A stretch of 48,918 bases of DNA from Verrucomicrobiota bacterium (GTDB taxonomy: Bacteria; Verrucomicrobiota; Verrucomicrobiia; Limisphaerales; CANJXF01): positions 1-48,918 of the forward strand of contig JBBQRQ010000030.1 in the NCBI GenBank assembly GCA_038214755.1, in the 5' to 3' direction. This document shows positions 8,175 to 16,904 of the stretch, piece after piece (position 1 is the stretch's first letter; each line of letters begins with the position of its first letter). The notes below the pieces were generated by a model. The model was not told the DNA's origin and ran no database searches. It saw only the letters and a list, made by a program, of their open reading frames with translations. The position numbers and the translations under genes are program-made.

Positions 8175-9416
8175 CTAACCAGCCAGCTTGGCCAGCGAGT
8201 TTGTCAACACCGTCACACCCCTTTTAATTTGTTCGGGTGAAGAATATTCGTCCGGTCGATGACTCACACCGCCGCGGCACGGAATAAAAATCATCGTCGT
8301 CGGACAAATCTGCGCCATGAAAAGTGAATCGTGATACGCGCGGCTGATCATTTTTTTTGAGGGAAGATTCAAGTCGCTCGCGACCGCAGAAATTAAATTC
8401 ACCAGACCGGAATCACAGATCGCCGGCGGATCAACATTGAGCCTCTCCATTTCCAACTTGATGCCGCGCCGTTGACAAATTTCTTCAGAATCTTTTTCAA
8501 TTTTTTCCAGAGCAGTGTCGCGGGAGGAAATCTGCGTGTCGCGCAAATCAATTTCCAGCCATGCTCGGCACGGCACGCTGTTGACTGCGCCGGGTTCGAT
8601 GCGGAAAACTCCCGTTGTCCCTACTGTGTCCGAACTGCCGCTGGTCTTGGCGGCATTTTCGACCGCGAGGGAAATTTCCGCGCCAGCAAGCTGCGCGTCG
8701 TGACGCTCCGGCATCAGCAGCGCCCCGGCGTGACCGCCGACGCCGGTGAGTTGAATTCGCAGTGTGCTGGGCGCGGCAATTTTTTCGACGACTCCGATTG
8801 GGATGTTTTCTTTTTCCAGAAGCGGCCCTTGCTCGATGTGAAGCTCGACAAACGCGGCATAGGAATTTTTTGCCAGCTTGGCCGAACTTAAGTCGCCCAT
8901 TTCGCAACCCGCTTTTTTTCGCCAGTGGTCAACGGACAAACCTTCGGGGTCGCGAAGAGAATTTATTTTCTCACTGGAAAGTGTTCCGGCCAACAAGCGG
9001 CTGCCCAGACAGCCAATGCCAAAGCGCGTCGGTTCTTCCGCCGTGAAGATAATGAGTTCAATGGAGCGGCGCGGCTGAAAATTATTCTTTTGCAAGGCGC
9101 GCATCGCTTCAATCGCGCCGAGCACGCCGACGACCCCGTCAAATTTCCCAGCGTTGGGAATGGCGTCGATATGCGAGCCAGTCGCGACGGGCGAGAGATT
9201 TTTTTCTTTTCCTTCCCAGCACGCAAAAATATTTCCGACGGCGTCTTCGCGAAGAGTCAAACCCGCTTCGCGACAAAGATTTTTAACAAACTCCCGCCCC
9301 CGCAAATCCGCTTCTGAAAATAAAATCCGCGTGACGACTGGCGGAGGGTTTTCGGAAATCAAAGCGAGTTCATCGATTTCTTGTTGGAGGCGTAAGATGT
9401 CGATTGCGAGATTCAA
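8175..9416 (-). CDS. M20 amidohydrolase, probably ureidoglycolate amidohydrolase (allantoate amidohydrolase is the alternative)
   Basis: Motifs GSHIDAIPNAGKFDG, EEPTRFG and ELHIEQGP. The C-terminal SRAYHDS..MIFIPC.GGVSH.P.EY resembles plant UAH rather than the SGAGHDA of AllC. TTG start. Confidence 0.85.
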   Translation of the reverse strand: MNLAIDILRLQQEIDELALISENPPPVVTRILFSEADLRGREFVKNLCREAGLTLREDAVGNIFACWEGKEKNLSPVATGSHIDAIPNAGKFDGVVGVLGAIEAMRALQKNNFQPRRSIELIIFTAEEPTRFGIGCLGSRLLAGTLSSEKINSLRDPEGLSVDHWRKKAGCEMGDLSSAKLAKNSYAAFVELHIEQGPLLEKENIPIGVVEKIAAPSTLRIQLTGVGGHAGALLMPERHDAQLAGAEISLAVENAAKTSGSSDTVGTTGVFRIEPGAVNSVPCRAWLEIDLRDTQISSRDTALEKIEKDSEEICQRRGIKLEMERLNVDPPAICDSGLVNLISAVASDLNLPSKKMISRAYHDSLFMAQICPTTMIFIPCRGGVSHRPDEYSSPEQIKRGVTVLTNSLAKLAG

Positions 9417-9443
9417 TTTCGTTCAGTTTGCAGCGTCGAATGA

Positions 9444-9519
9444 ATTTACGATTTGGGATTTACGATTGACGCATCCCATACCCAATGCGCGCCTCAATCA
9501 TAAATCGGAATTCGTAAAT
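9444..9519. repeat. Inverted repeat built from heptamer (ATTTACG) units
   Basis: ATTTACG-ATTTGGG-ATTTACG-ATTGA (9444-9469) pairs 22/26 with 9494-9519. Confidence 0.7.
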
Positions 9520-10265
9520 CATAACATCGGCGCGCGATTCACATCTTTGTAATAAATGTAACTCGCCGGAGTTTTGCCTATTGCCACAAACCATTGCGGG
9601 CAATACGGCGCCATCCAAATCACGTCGCCGGCTTGCACGGGATGATAATCGGCGTCGAGGCGATAGACGCCCTTTCCGCTCAACATTATCAGGCCATGTT
9701 CCATGATGTGCGTCTCGACGAACGGCAACGTCGCGCCGGGTTGATAGGTGAAAATATTTACGGCCATGTCGAACGCCAGATCATCCGGCAGAAGCACCTG
9801 CAGCCGCGCGTCCTCATTGCCGAGAAACGGTAGGCCTTTCACATTTTTTTGCTGGCTGACAATTACGGACGGCGGTTCAAACCCATCGAGCCTTTCATAT
9901 TTTTTTTGAAAAATGACAATCCGCGTGCCGTCCGTCGCTTCGTGAAAAAGAAAATCTTCGTCGGGCGGAATGTAGGCATAACTGCCACTGACCAATTTTT
10001 GTTTTTTCCCGGCGATCTCTGATGAACATTTTCCTTCCTGCACAAAAATAAAATATTCGGTGGCGCCGGTGTGTCCCTGGCCCTGGCCGTTTTTATGGAA
10101 CGCGATGAGAAGCTGGGAAAACTTTGCGCCGATCGCCGGGGAGATTAAAACGTTGACCACAACATTCGTCCATCCGGGCAAATTGCTCGGAACGAAACCA
10201 CTTGGCGTGAGGAGCGCGTAACGCTCTGTGACGAGGGTGCGGGTGAATCCAAAAAGTTCATTCAT
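9519..10265 (-). CDS. allE: (S)-ureidoglycine aminohydrolase (cupin)
   Basis: Motifs FVETHIMEHGL, GDVIWMAPYCPQWF and YIYYKDVNR. The start overlaps the allB stop (TGATG). Confidence 0.95.
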   Translation of the reverse strand: MNELFGFTRTLVTERYALLTPSGFVPSNLPGWTNVVVNVLISPAIGAKFSQLLIAFHKNGQGQGHTGATEYFIFVQEGKCSSEIAGKKQKLVSGSYAYIPPDEDFLFHEATDGTRIVIFQKKYERLDGFEPPSVIVSQQKNVKGLPFLGNEDARLQVLLPDDLAFDMAVNIFTYQPGATLPFVETHIMEHGLIMLSGKGVYRLDADYHPVQAGDVIWMAPYCPQWFVAIGKTPASYIYYKDVNRAPML

Positions 10266-11617
10266 CACGCAGGTTTTACCAGACGAGCGGAAGGTTTGGC
10301 GACAATTTTGCCGTCCAGAAAAATGGTCTTCCCGCGAAGAATGGTGCGGACAATTTTGCCACGCAGTTTGCGCCCGGCGTAAGGTGTTTGTCGGTGACGA
10401 TAAAATAAGTCTTGGGTTCGCACTTCAAATTCTTCCAACAGGTTTACGAGTGCAAAATCCGCGTCCGCGCCGATTTCGATTCGCCCTTTTGTCTTCGGCA
10501 AGTTGAAGCGCTCGGCCACATTGAATGAAGTTAGTTTTGCGATGACGGGCCGAGCGATCTCGCGGTGGATGTGACCTTCCGTAATCAAAATCGGCAACGT
10601 GTGTTGCACACCCGAAATCCCGCCCCAAACTTTGAAAAAGTTTTTGTTCGTCTTCATCTCGGGCGGAGATGGCGAATGATCAGAGCCAATGAAATTCACG
10701 CGCTCGCTCGCCACATATCGCCACAAAACATCCTGCGCCGGCTGGGGCCGCAACGGCGGCGCACACTTGGCAATCGCGCCCATCTTCTCCATGTCATCGT
10801 CCGTCAAAACTAAATAGTGCGGACAAGTTTCGCAACTCACGTCCGCGCCCTGCGCCTGCGCGCTCGCCACAAGCGCGACACCCGCGCCGGAACTGACATG
10901 AACGAGGTGCAGCGAACATTTCGTTTCCCGCGCCATTTGAATGGCGCGATGAATCGCTTCCAGTTCGGCATACATCGGGCGAGATTCGAGGTAATCGCGA
11001 ATGGAAGTTTTATTCTGGGCGAGAAACTCTTTGGTGAGTTCGCTCGTCATTTTTTCGCTTTCAGCGTGAACGGCAACCAACTTGCCGAGTTGGGCGCAAC
11101 GTTTCATTCCCTCGCGTAACGTCACATCGTCCACGCATGAAAAATCCCCAATGCCGCTGTTGGACATGAACGCTTTGAAACCGATTACACCCCGCTCCGC
11201 CAATTCTTCCAGCCGGTCGAGATTGCCCGGCACCAGCCCGCCCCACAGCGCGAAATCGGTGAGCGATTTGTTTTCAGCAGCGCAAAGTTTTTGATCGAAA
11301 CTCTCCGCGTCAATCGTCGGCGGATGCGCGTTGAGCGGCATGTCGAAAAAAACGGTTCCACCACCCGCCGCAAACGCGCGTGAACCCGTTTCAAATCCTT
11401 CCCAATCGGCGCGGCCCGGCTCGTTAAAATGCACATGGGGATCGATGACGCCGGGAAAAATATGCAGCCCGCTCGCATCAATTTCTGTGTCGGCGAATTC
11501 TGAAAGGTCTTCCTGGAGAGCAACAATTTTTTCTCCAGCCACGGCGATGTCCATTTTCAGCAAAGCGCTCGGTGTGACCACTGTTCCGCCGCGCAAAATC
11601 AAATCGGGTTTGCTCAT
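10265..11617 (-). CDS. allB: Allantoinase
   Basis: Motifs DPHVHFNEPGRADWEGF, DMPLNAHPPT, ETCPHYL, KCAPPLR, SDHSPSP and WGGISG. Confidence 0.95.
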   Translation of the reverse strand: MSKPDLILRGGTVVTPSALLKMDIAVAGEKIVALQEDLSEFADTEIDASGLHIFPGVIDPHVHFNEPGRADWEGFETGSRAFAAGGGTVFFDMPLNAHPPTIDAESFDQKLCAAENKSLTDFALWGGLVPGNLDRLEELAERGVIGFKAFMSNSGIGDFSCVDDVTLREGMKRCAQLGKLVAVHAESEKMTSELTKEFLAQNKTSIRDYLESRPMYAELEAIHRAIQMARETKCSLHLVHVSSGAGVALVASAQAQGADVSCETCPHYLVLTDDDMEKMGAIAKCAPPLRPQPAQDVLWRYVASERVNFIGSDHSPSPPEMKTNKNFFKVWGGISGVQHTLPILITEGHIHREIARPVIAKLTSFNVAERFNLPKTKGRIEIGADADFALVNLLEEFEVRTQDLFYRHRQTPYAGRKLRGKIVRTILRGKTIFLDGKIVAKPSARLVKPA

Positions 11618-11662
11618 GGATTTCAGGTCCAAAGTTTGAAACCGGCGCGGTCAAAATGTCCG

Positions 11663-11827
11663 TCAAAAGAAAATGCCGTTTGAATTTGGAATTTCCGCAT
11701 CAACGCAAAGGAGAGGCAATCGGTGAACAGCCTGATCGATCATTTCGGCGACAAGTTTTTCCACTTTTAGAGCCATCTGCGGTTCCCCGGTTTTTGATTT
11801 GCGCTCCAATTTTTCGGTGGCGGTCAT
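11663..11827 (-). CDS. Possible 54-aa small protein at the head of the allB cluster
   Basis: [54 protein letters not shown]. The ATG lies 9 nt after a good -10 box. It is below the ORF-track cutoff. Confidence 0.35.
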   Translation of the reverse strand: MTATEKLERKSKTGEPQMALKVEKLVAEMIDQAVHRLPLLCVDAEIPNSNGIFF

Positions 11828-11836
11828 AACACCAGC

Positions 11837-11865
11837 AGTCTAGGTCTGGCTTTTTCACGTGTCAA
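11837..11865 (-). promoter_or_regulatory. Sigma70-type promoter facing the allB cluster
   Basis: TTGACA-N17-TAGACT on the minus strand. Confidence 0.6.
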
Positions 11866-11995
11866 CGAAGCGGAAATCGCGACAGGGCCGCTCGCAAGCC
11901 GAGGCGGCATAAATGCCACGCTCCTTCTCGATTGCCTGTTTTTGGGCAACACGCCCGCACAATGCGCTCAAATAATCTCCGTCGGCAATCGAACG

Positions 11996-12023
11996 TTGAC
12001 GCACTGTCGTCTCTCCCTAAAAT
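11996..12023 (+). promoter_or_regulatory. Putative sigma70 promoter of acs
   Basis: TTGACG-N16-TAAAAT, 20 nt upstream of the ATG at 12044. Confidence 0.45.
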
Positions 12024-12043
12024 GCGCCAACATTTTCAACGTT

Positions 12044-14056
12044 ATGGGTAAAATTAAAATTCCCGCTGGGATGAACATCACTTCCTTTTCACAGGAGAAA
12101 CGTCTGTTTCCGCCGCCGAAAGAATTTTCCAAACACGCGCATATCAAGTCGCTCGCAGAATACAAAAAGCTTTACAACGAATCCATCAATTCGCCCGAAA
12201 CATTCTGGGCGAAACAAGCGAAGAACGAATTGGTCTGGTTCGCTCCGTGGAAAAAAGTTCTGCAATGGAAAGTGCCCAACGCGAAATGGTTCGTCGGCGG
12301 GAAGTTAAATGTGAGTTATAACTGTCTCGATCGACATCTCGGCACGCCCACTGCGAACAAGGCCGCGCTGATCTGGGAAGGTGAACCCGCCGGACCAGGC
12401 AAAGCAGGCGAAGAACGCACCTATACCTATCAACAACTCCATCGGGAAGTCTGCTGGTTTGCCAATGTTCTCAAACGCAACGGAATTAGAAAAGGCGACC
12501 GCGTCATCATTTATTTGCCGATGATTCCCGAAGCCGCGATTGCCATGCTGGCTTGCGCGCGTATCGGGGCGATTCACTCGGTCGTGTTTGGCGGATTCAG
12601 CGCGCAATCGGTGGCGGATAGAATTTTCGATTGCCAGGCGAAGTTGGTGATTACTTCAGACGGCGGATTTCGTCGCGGCGCAATTGTTCCTTTGAAAAAA
12701 AATGTGGACGACGCGTTGCTCCTCAATGATGCGAACGGCCAATCGCTCACGGCCACGATTGAAAAAGTCGTCGTCGTGCGTCGCGCGTTGAACGAAATCC
12801 ACATGCAAGAAGGCCGCGACGTCTGGTGGCATCGCGAACAGGAATATGTCGATGCGAATTGTGCGGCGGAGAAGTTGGATAGTGAAGCGCCGCTGTTCAT
12901 TCTCTACACCAGCGGTTCCACGGGAAAACCCAAAGGTATCCTCCATACCACTGCCGGTTATCTCCTCGGCGCGAAGATAACGAGTAAGTATGTATTCGAT
13001 TTGCAGGAGACGGATGTCTATTGGTGCACCGCGGATATAGGTTGGGTTACAGGTCATAGCTATGTTGTCTATGGCCCGCTTGCTAATGGTGCTACCAGTC
13101 TCATGTATGAAGGAGCGCCGAACTTCCCCGAGCCAGACCGCTTCTGGCGTATCATTGAGAAGTACGGCGTAACTATTCTCTACACCGCGCCTACTGCTAT
13201 CCGCGCCTTTATGAAGTGGGGCGTAGAATGGCCCAGGAAACATGACCTTACTTCTCTGCGCCTTCTCGGTTCCGTTGGCGAACCTATCAACCCGGAAGCA
13301 TGGATGTGGTATCACGAAGTCATCGGCGGCAAACGTTGTCCTATTGTCGATACCTGGTGGCAAACGGAGACGGGTGGCATCATGATAACTCCTTTGCCTG
13401 GCGCTACTCCTACCAAACCAGGGACCGCTACCCTTCCTTTCTTCGGCATTTTGCCCGAAGTAGTAGATGACAAAGGAAAAGTAGTTTCAAGAAATTCCGG
13501 CGGCAAACTCGTTATCCGCAAACCGTGGCCGAGTATGTTGCGTGGCATTTGGGGCGACCCCAAACGTTTTGTCGAAACTTACTGGACCGAAGTCAAAGGT
13601 AGTTACTTCACGGGCGATGGTTGTCGTCAGGACGAAGATGGTTACTTCTGGATCGTCGGCCGCATTGACGATGTGCTGAACGTCGCAGGTCATCGCATCG
13701 GCACGGCGGAAATTGAGAGCGCACTCGTGAGTCATCCGAAAGTCGCCGAAGCCGCCGCCGTCGGTCGTCCGGATGAATTGAAGGGACAGGCGCTCGTCGT
13801 ATTCGTCACGTTGAAAACCGGCGTGAAAGCTTCACCTGCAATGCGCGAAGAACTTCGCAATCATGTCGGAAAAGAAATTGGTGCGGTTGCCAAACCCGAC
13901 GACATCCGTTTTGCCGAAGCGTTACCCAAAACGCGCTCTGGAAAAATCATGCGCCGCCTCCTCAAGCAAATCGCTTCCGGCATCGAGATCAAAGGCGACA
14001 CCACCACGCTGGAAGATTTGAGCGTGCTGGCGAAGTTGAGCGCGGGTGAGGAATAG
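12044..14056 (+). CDS. acs: Acetyl-CoA synthetase
   Basis: Motifs [35 protein letters not shown] and [12 protein letters not shown]. Start is 12044 or 12071. Confidence 0.97.
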   Translation: MGKIKIPAGMNITSFSQEKRLFPPPKEFSKHAHIKSLAEYKKLYNESINSPETFWAKQAKNELVWFAPWKKVLQWKVPNAKWFVGGKLNVSYNCLDRHLGTPTANKAALIWEGEPAGPGKAGEERTYTYQQLHREVCWFANVLKRNGIRKGDRVIIYLPMIPEAAIAMLACARIGAIHSVVFGGFSAQSVADRIFDCQAKLVITSDGGFRRGAIVPLKKNVDDALLLNDANGQSLTATIEKVVVVRRALNEIHMQEGRDVWWHREQEYVDANCAAEKLDSEAPLFILYTSGSTGKPKGILHTTAGYLLGAKITSKYVFDLQETDVYWCTADIGWVTGHSYVVYGPLANGATSLMYEGAPNFPEPDRFWRIIEKYGVTILYTAPTAIRAFMKWGVEWPRKHDLTSLRLLGSVGEPINPEAWMWYHEVIGGKRCPIVDTWWQTETGGIMITPLPGATPTKPGTATLPFFGILPEVVDDKGKVVSRNSGGKLVIRKPWPSMLRGIWGDPKRFVETYWTEVKGSYFTGDGCRQDEDGYFWIVGRIDDVLNVAGHRIGTAEIESALVSHPKVAEAAAVGRPDELKGQALVVFVTLKTGVKASPAMREELRNHVGKEIGAVAKPDDIRFAEALPKTRSGKIMRRLLKQIASGIEIKGDTTTLEDLSVLAKLSAGEE

Positions 14057-14097
14057 AAGCAGTTGAGTTAAACTTCAACCTGGGATAAATAAAAAAT

Positions 14098-14328
14098 ATG
14101 AGCGCCGATGAATTAAGAGGATTACTGGATGCGGTACCCTTCAAACCATTTACCGTTTACATGGCTAACGATCGCGCGTTTGAAATTCCTCATCCGGATT
14201 TCGCGCTTCTCACTCCCAAAGGTCGCACGTTAGTCGTAGCCTCCAATGAGGACAAAGGCGTTAATATTCTGGATGTGCCTTTGATCGCGCGCATGGAGAT
14301 GAGAGATGGCAGCGAAAGGACCTCTTGA
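14098..14328 (+). CDS. Small hypothetical protein (PFxPF..HPD family), 76 aa
   Basis: [27 protein letters not shown], paralogous to 185..421. Confidence 0.8.
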   Translation: MSADELRGLLDAVPFKPFTVYMANDRAFEIPHPDFALLTPKGRTLVVASNEDKGVNILDVPLIARMEMRDGSERTS

Positions 14329-14350
14329 ACTTCAACTACACGAAAACGGG

Positions 14351-14451
14351 GACATCCATTTCGCCGAAGCATTGCCCAAAACACGCTCCGGGAAAATCAT
14401 GCGCTGTCTCCTCAAGCAAATCGCTTCTGGCACTGGGATAAAGGGGCGACA
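14351..14451 (+). pseudogene. Diverged duplicate of the acs 3' region
   Basis: Encodes [27 protein letters not shown], versus [27 protein letters not shown] in acs (13901-14000). Confidence 0.9.
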
Positions 14452-14560
14452 GAGATGGGTCACAATTTTGAAGGCTAAGAAAAATTCTTGGAAAAAGTGT
14501 TTGGTTCCGCATCTTGCCGAAGTTCACGAGAGCGGATAGTTTAGCCATGTGAAAAAGGAT

Positions 14561-14772
14561 ATGGGCAAAGTCACCACGCGAATCAAAGTCGAAAACTGGT
14601 TGGACGTGGTGTTGGTCGCTACTGGCGCGCGAAAGAAAAAGCCAAGAGCTTTAGAGACTGATGCCCTCGTTGATACTGGCGCAGTTAAACTTTATTTGAA
14701 AAGTTCAGTCATCAGTGAACTGGGCCTTCGTCCAGTCGGCGAAGTCACGTCGCGAACCATGTCCAATCGCTT
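14561..14772 (+). pseudogene. Truncated clan-AA aspartyl protease-like gene
   Basis: MGKVTTRIKVEN...DALVDTGA...ISELGLRP. Family-like sequence ends after RTMSNR. Confidence 0.65.
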
Positions 14773-14802
14773 AGGAATGATTCGTCGCATCAAAAAAAAC
14801 AA

Positions 14803-15181
14803 ATGGAACGAGTCACCGGAATCGGCGGAATCTTTTTTAAAGCGCGCGACCCAGAACGGATGGCGGCTTGGTACGAAACGCATTTGGGGATTTGCAGCAA
14901 AGATGGTCACGCGGATTTTGTCTGGCGCGATCAGGATCGACCCCACGAAAATCGGCCGCACGGTTTGGTCTATTTTTCCCAAAGGGACAGATTACTTCGG
15001 TCCTTCGACAACGCCATACATGATCAACTACCGCGTCGCCAATTTGGATCGACTGCTTGAACAGCTTCGCTGTGCAGACGTCGCGATTGAAAAAATTGAA
15101 GACTATGATTACGGGCGTTTCGCGTGGATCACAGATCCTGAAGGCAATCGCATTGAGTTGTGGGAACCCAAAAGTGCGTGA
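14803..15181 (+). pseudogene. VOC/glyoxalase-family gene with a one-base frameshift
   Basis: The N-half MERVTGIGGIFFKARDP...WY..HLG is in one frame and the C-half TVWSIF..TDYF..YMINYRV..GRFAWITDPEGNRIELWEP is in the +1 frame. Removing one C at 14941-14944 joins them. Confidence 0.85.
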
Positions 15182-15257
15182 CTCGTTTCACAGTATTATT
15201 TGATCCGCTGGCACTGCATTGCGATTACTTCCCCGCGAAGCCAATCGGTAGCAAGAA

Positions 15258-15330
15258 CGGTAGAGCGAGACTCCGTCGAGATCCGATATTTTCGTTTTTT
15301 AATTAGCGTTCGACGGAACTCGCTCTATCG
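15258..15330. repeat. REPIN-like inverted doublet (GTAG type), intergenic
   Basis: CGGTAGAGCGAGACTCCGTCGA ... TCGACGGAACTCGCTCTATCG. Confidence 0.75.
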
Positions 15331-15351
15331 ATTTAGGATCAAAATATTTTT

Positions 15352-16596
15352 ATGAAACCCAACCTTATTCTTTGCATAACTATTCTCAGCGCCACCTTTC
15401 CTGCCGCGTCAGCCGAAAATATTCCGCCAACCAAACCCGATCCTGCCCGGCTTACTCACATTAAGGCACTATTGCGCGAAGTTCCTTTTATCGACGGGCA
15501 CAACGATTTGCCCTGGGAATATCGCAAGCATGGCAACGACATGAATGTTTTCGACCTCACCAGGGACATGAGCGAAATGAAACTCGTCACCGATTTCCCG
15601 CGATTGAGAGAAGGTTGTGTGGGCGGACAATTCTGGTCGGTTTATATTCCGCCAACCATGCTCGGCTCAGTCGCAGTCCGCGCCGTCCTCGAACAAATTG
15701 ATGTCGTCCACCAAATGATTGCGCGTTACCCGGACTACCTGGAGTTGGCGCTCACGGCGGATGATGTCCAGCGCATCCATCGCCAGGGAAAAATCGCCTC
15801 ACTCATCGGAATGGAGGGCGGCCACTCGATTGATAATTCATTGGCGATGCTGCGAATGACTTACAAACTCGGCGCGCGTTACATGACGTTGACGCATACC
15901 AAGTCACTCGACTGGGCGGACGCGGCCGGCGACACACCCAAGAGTCACGGTCTAAGTAAATTTGGCGAAGAAGTCGTGCGCGAGATGAACCGTCTCGGAA
16001 TGTTGGTCGATGTGTCGCATGTCTCCGATGAAACAATGGCCGCGGCCATCAAGGTCAGCCAAGCGCCGGTGATTTGTTCACACTCCTCCGCGCGCGCGCT
16101 TTGCACCGTGCCGCGAAATGTTCCCGACAATTTGCTCAAAAAAATTTCTGAAACGCACGGAGTCGTGATGGTGAATTTTGTTCCAGGTTTTCTCATGGAA
16201 AAAGGACGCCTCTACGCCGCCGAACAACAAATCGAAGAAGATCGCTTGCAGAAAATTTACGGAAAAGATGAAGCAAACCAAATCAAGGTAGATGAAGGAA
16301 TCGAGACATGGCGCAAAGCTCATCCACCCACGCGGCCCACCTTGAACGACGTGGCAGATCACATAGATCATATCCGAAAAATCGCTGGAATTGATTGCGT
16401 CGGAGTTGGCGCGGATTACGAAGGGTTTAGTCATCCTCCTATCGGCTTGGAAGATGTATCGTGTTATCCCGCGTTGCTGGCCGAGTTGTCGCGGCGTGGT
16501 TATAGCGATGACGAAATTAAAAAAGTTGCCGGGTTAAATATTTTGCGAGTGATGCGCGCGGCGGAACAAACGCGGTCGCAACTCGCGAAAAAATAA
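15352..16596 (+). CDS. Exported M19-family (membrane/renal-type) dipeptidase
   Basis: Signal peptide plus motifs IDGHNDLPW, GGQFWSVY, GMEGGHSI, EMNRLGMLVDVSH, SHSSA and DHIDHI. Confidence 0.93.
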   Translation: MKPNLILCITILSATFPAASAENIPPTKPDPARLTHIKALLREVPFIDGHNDLPWEYRKHGNDMNVFDLTRDMSEMKLVTDFPRLREGCVGGQFWSVYIPPTMLGSVAVRAVLEQIDVVHQMIARYPDYLELALTADDVQRIHRQGKIASLIGMEGGHSIDNSLAMLRMTYKLGARYMTLTHTKSLDWADAAGDTPKSHGLSKFGEEVVREMNRLGMLVDVSHVSDETMAAAIKVSQAPVICSHSSARALCTVPRNVPDNLLKKISETHGVVMVNFVPGFLMEKGRLYAAEQQIEEDRLQKIYGKDEANQIKVDEGIETWRKAHPPTRPTLNDVADHIDHIRKIAGIDCVGVGADYEGFSHPPIGLEDVSCYPALLAELSRRGYSDDEIKKVAGLNILRVMRAAEQTRSQLAKK

Positions 16597-16614
16597 TTCT
16601 TCGACTCCACAATT

Positions 16615-16897
16615 TTATTTTTTTAAATAAAAATCTTTATCGCCGTCGGTGCGGGCGGCCGACAATTGTTTTTTCACCGGCAGCTTTTTTTCAACGAGGT
16701 CAACCAGTTTGTCGTGGCGCGCCTTGTGGACGGGTTGGGAAAAATCTATTCGGAAGTGGTAAACTGGCGAGTTCTTCATTCTGAACGTGAATTGTCTGAA
16801 AAGTAGTTCGATAATAAAAATGCAGAGCTTTCGAGTTGATAAGGCTCGTGACGAACCGCACGTCATAGTTAGGTCGGAACTCCGCTTTGGGAACCAT
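16615..16897 (-). pseudogene. Frameshifted C-terminal remnant of a type IIG/TaqI-like restriction-modification gene
   Basis: SLINSKALHFYY...EELASLPLP in one frame continues as RIDFSQPVHKARHDKLVDLVEK..KKQL in another. This pattern is typical of Eco57I/TaqI-like C-termini. Confidence 0.6.
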
Positions 16898-16904
16898 ATC
16901 GCCC

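Noticed and set aside
12656..13363. 235-aa ORF antisense to acs (likewise 20288..21013 opposite glyQS)
   Set aside because: Typical antisense shadow ORFs of conserved genes.
14306..14539. 77-aa ORF as a real gene
   Set aside because: Its only recognisable part is the duplicated acs fragment.
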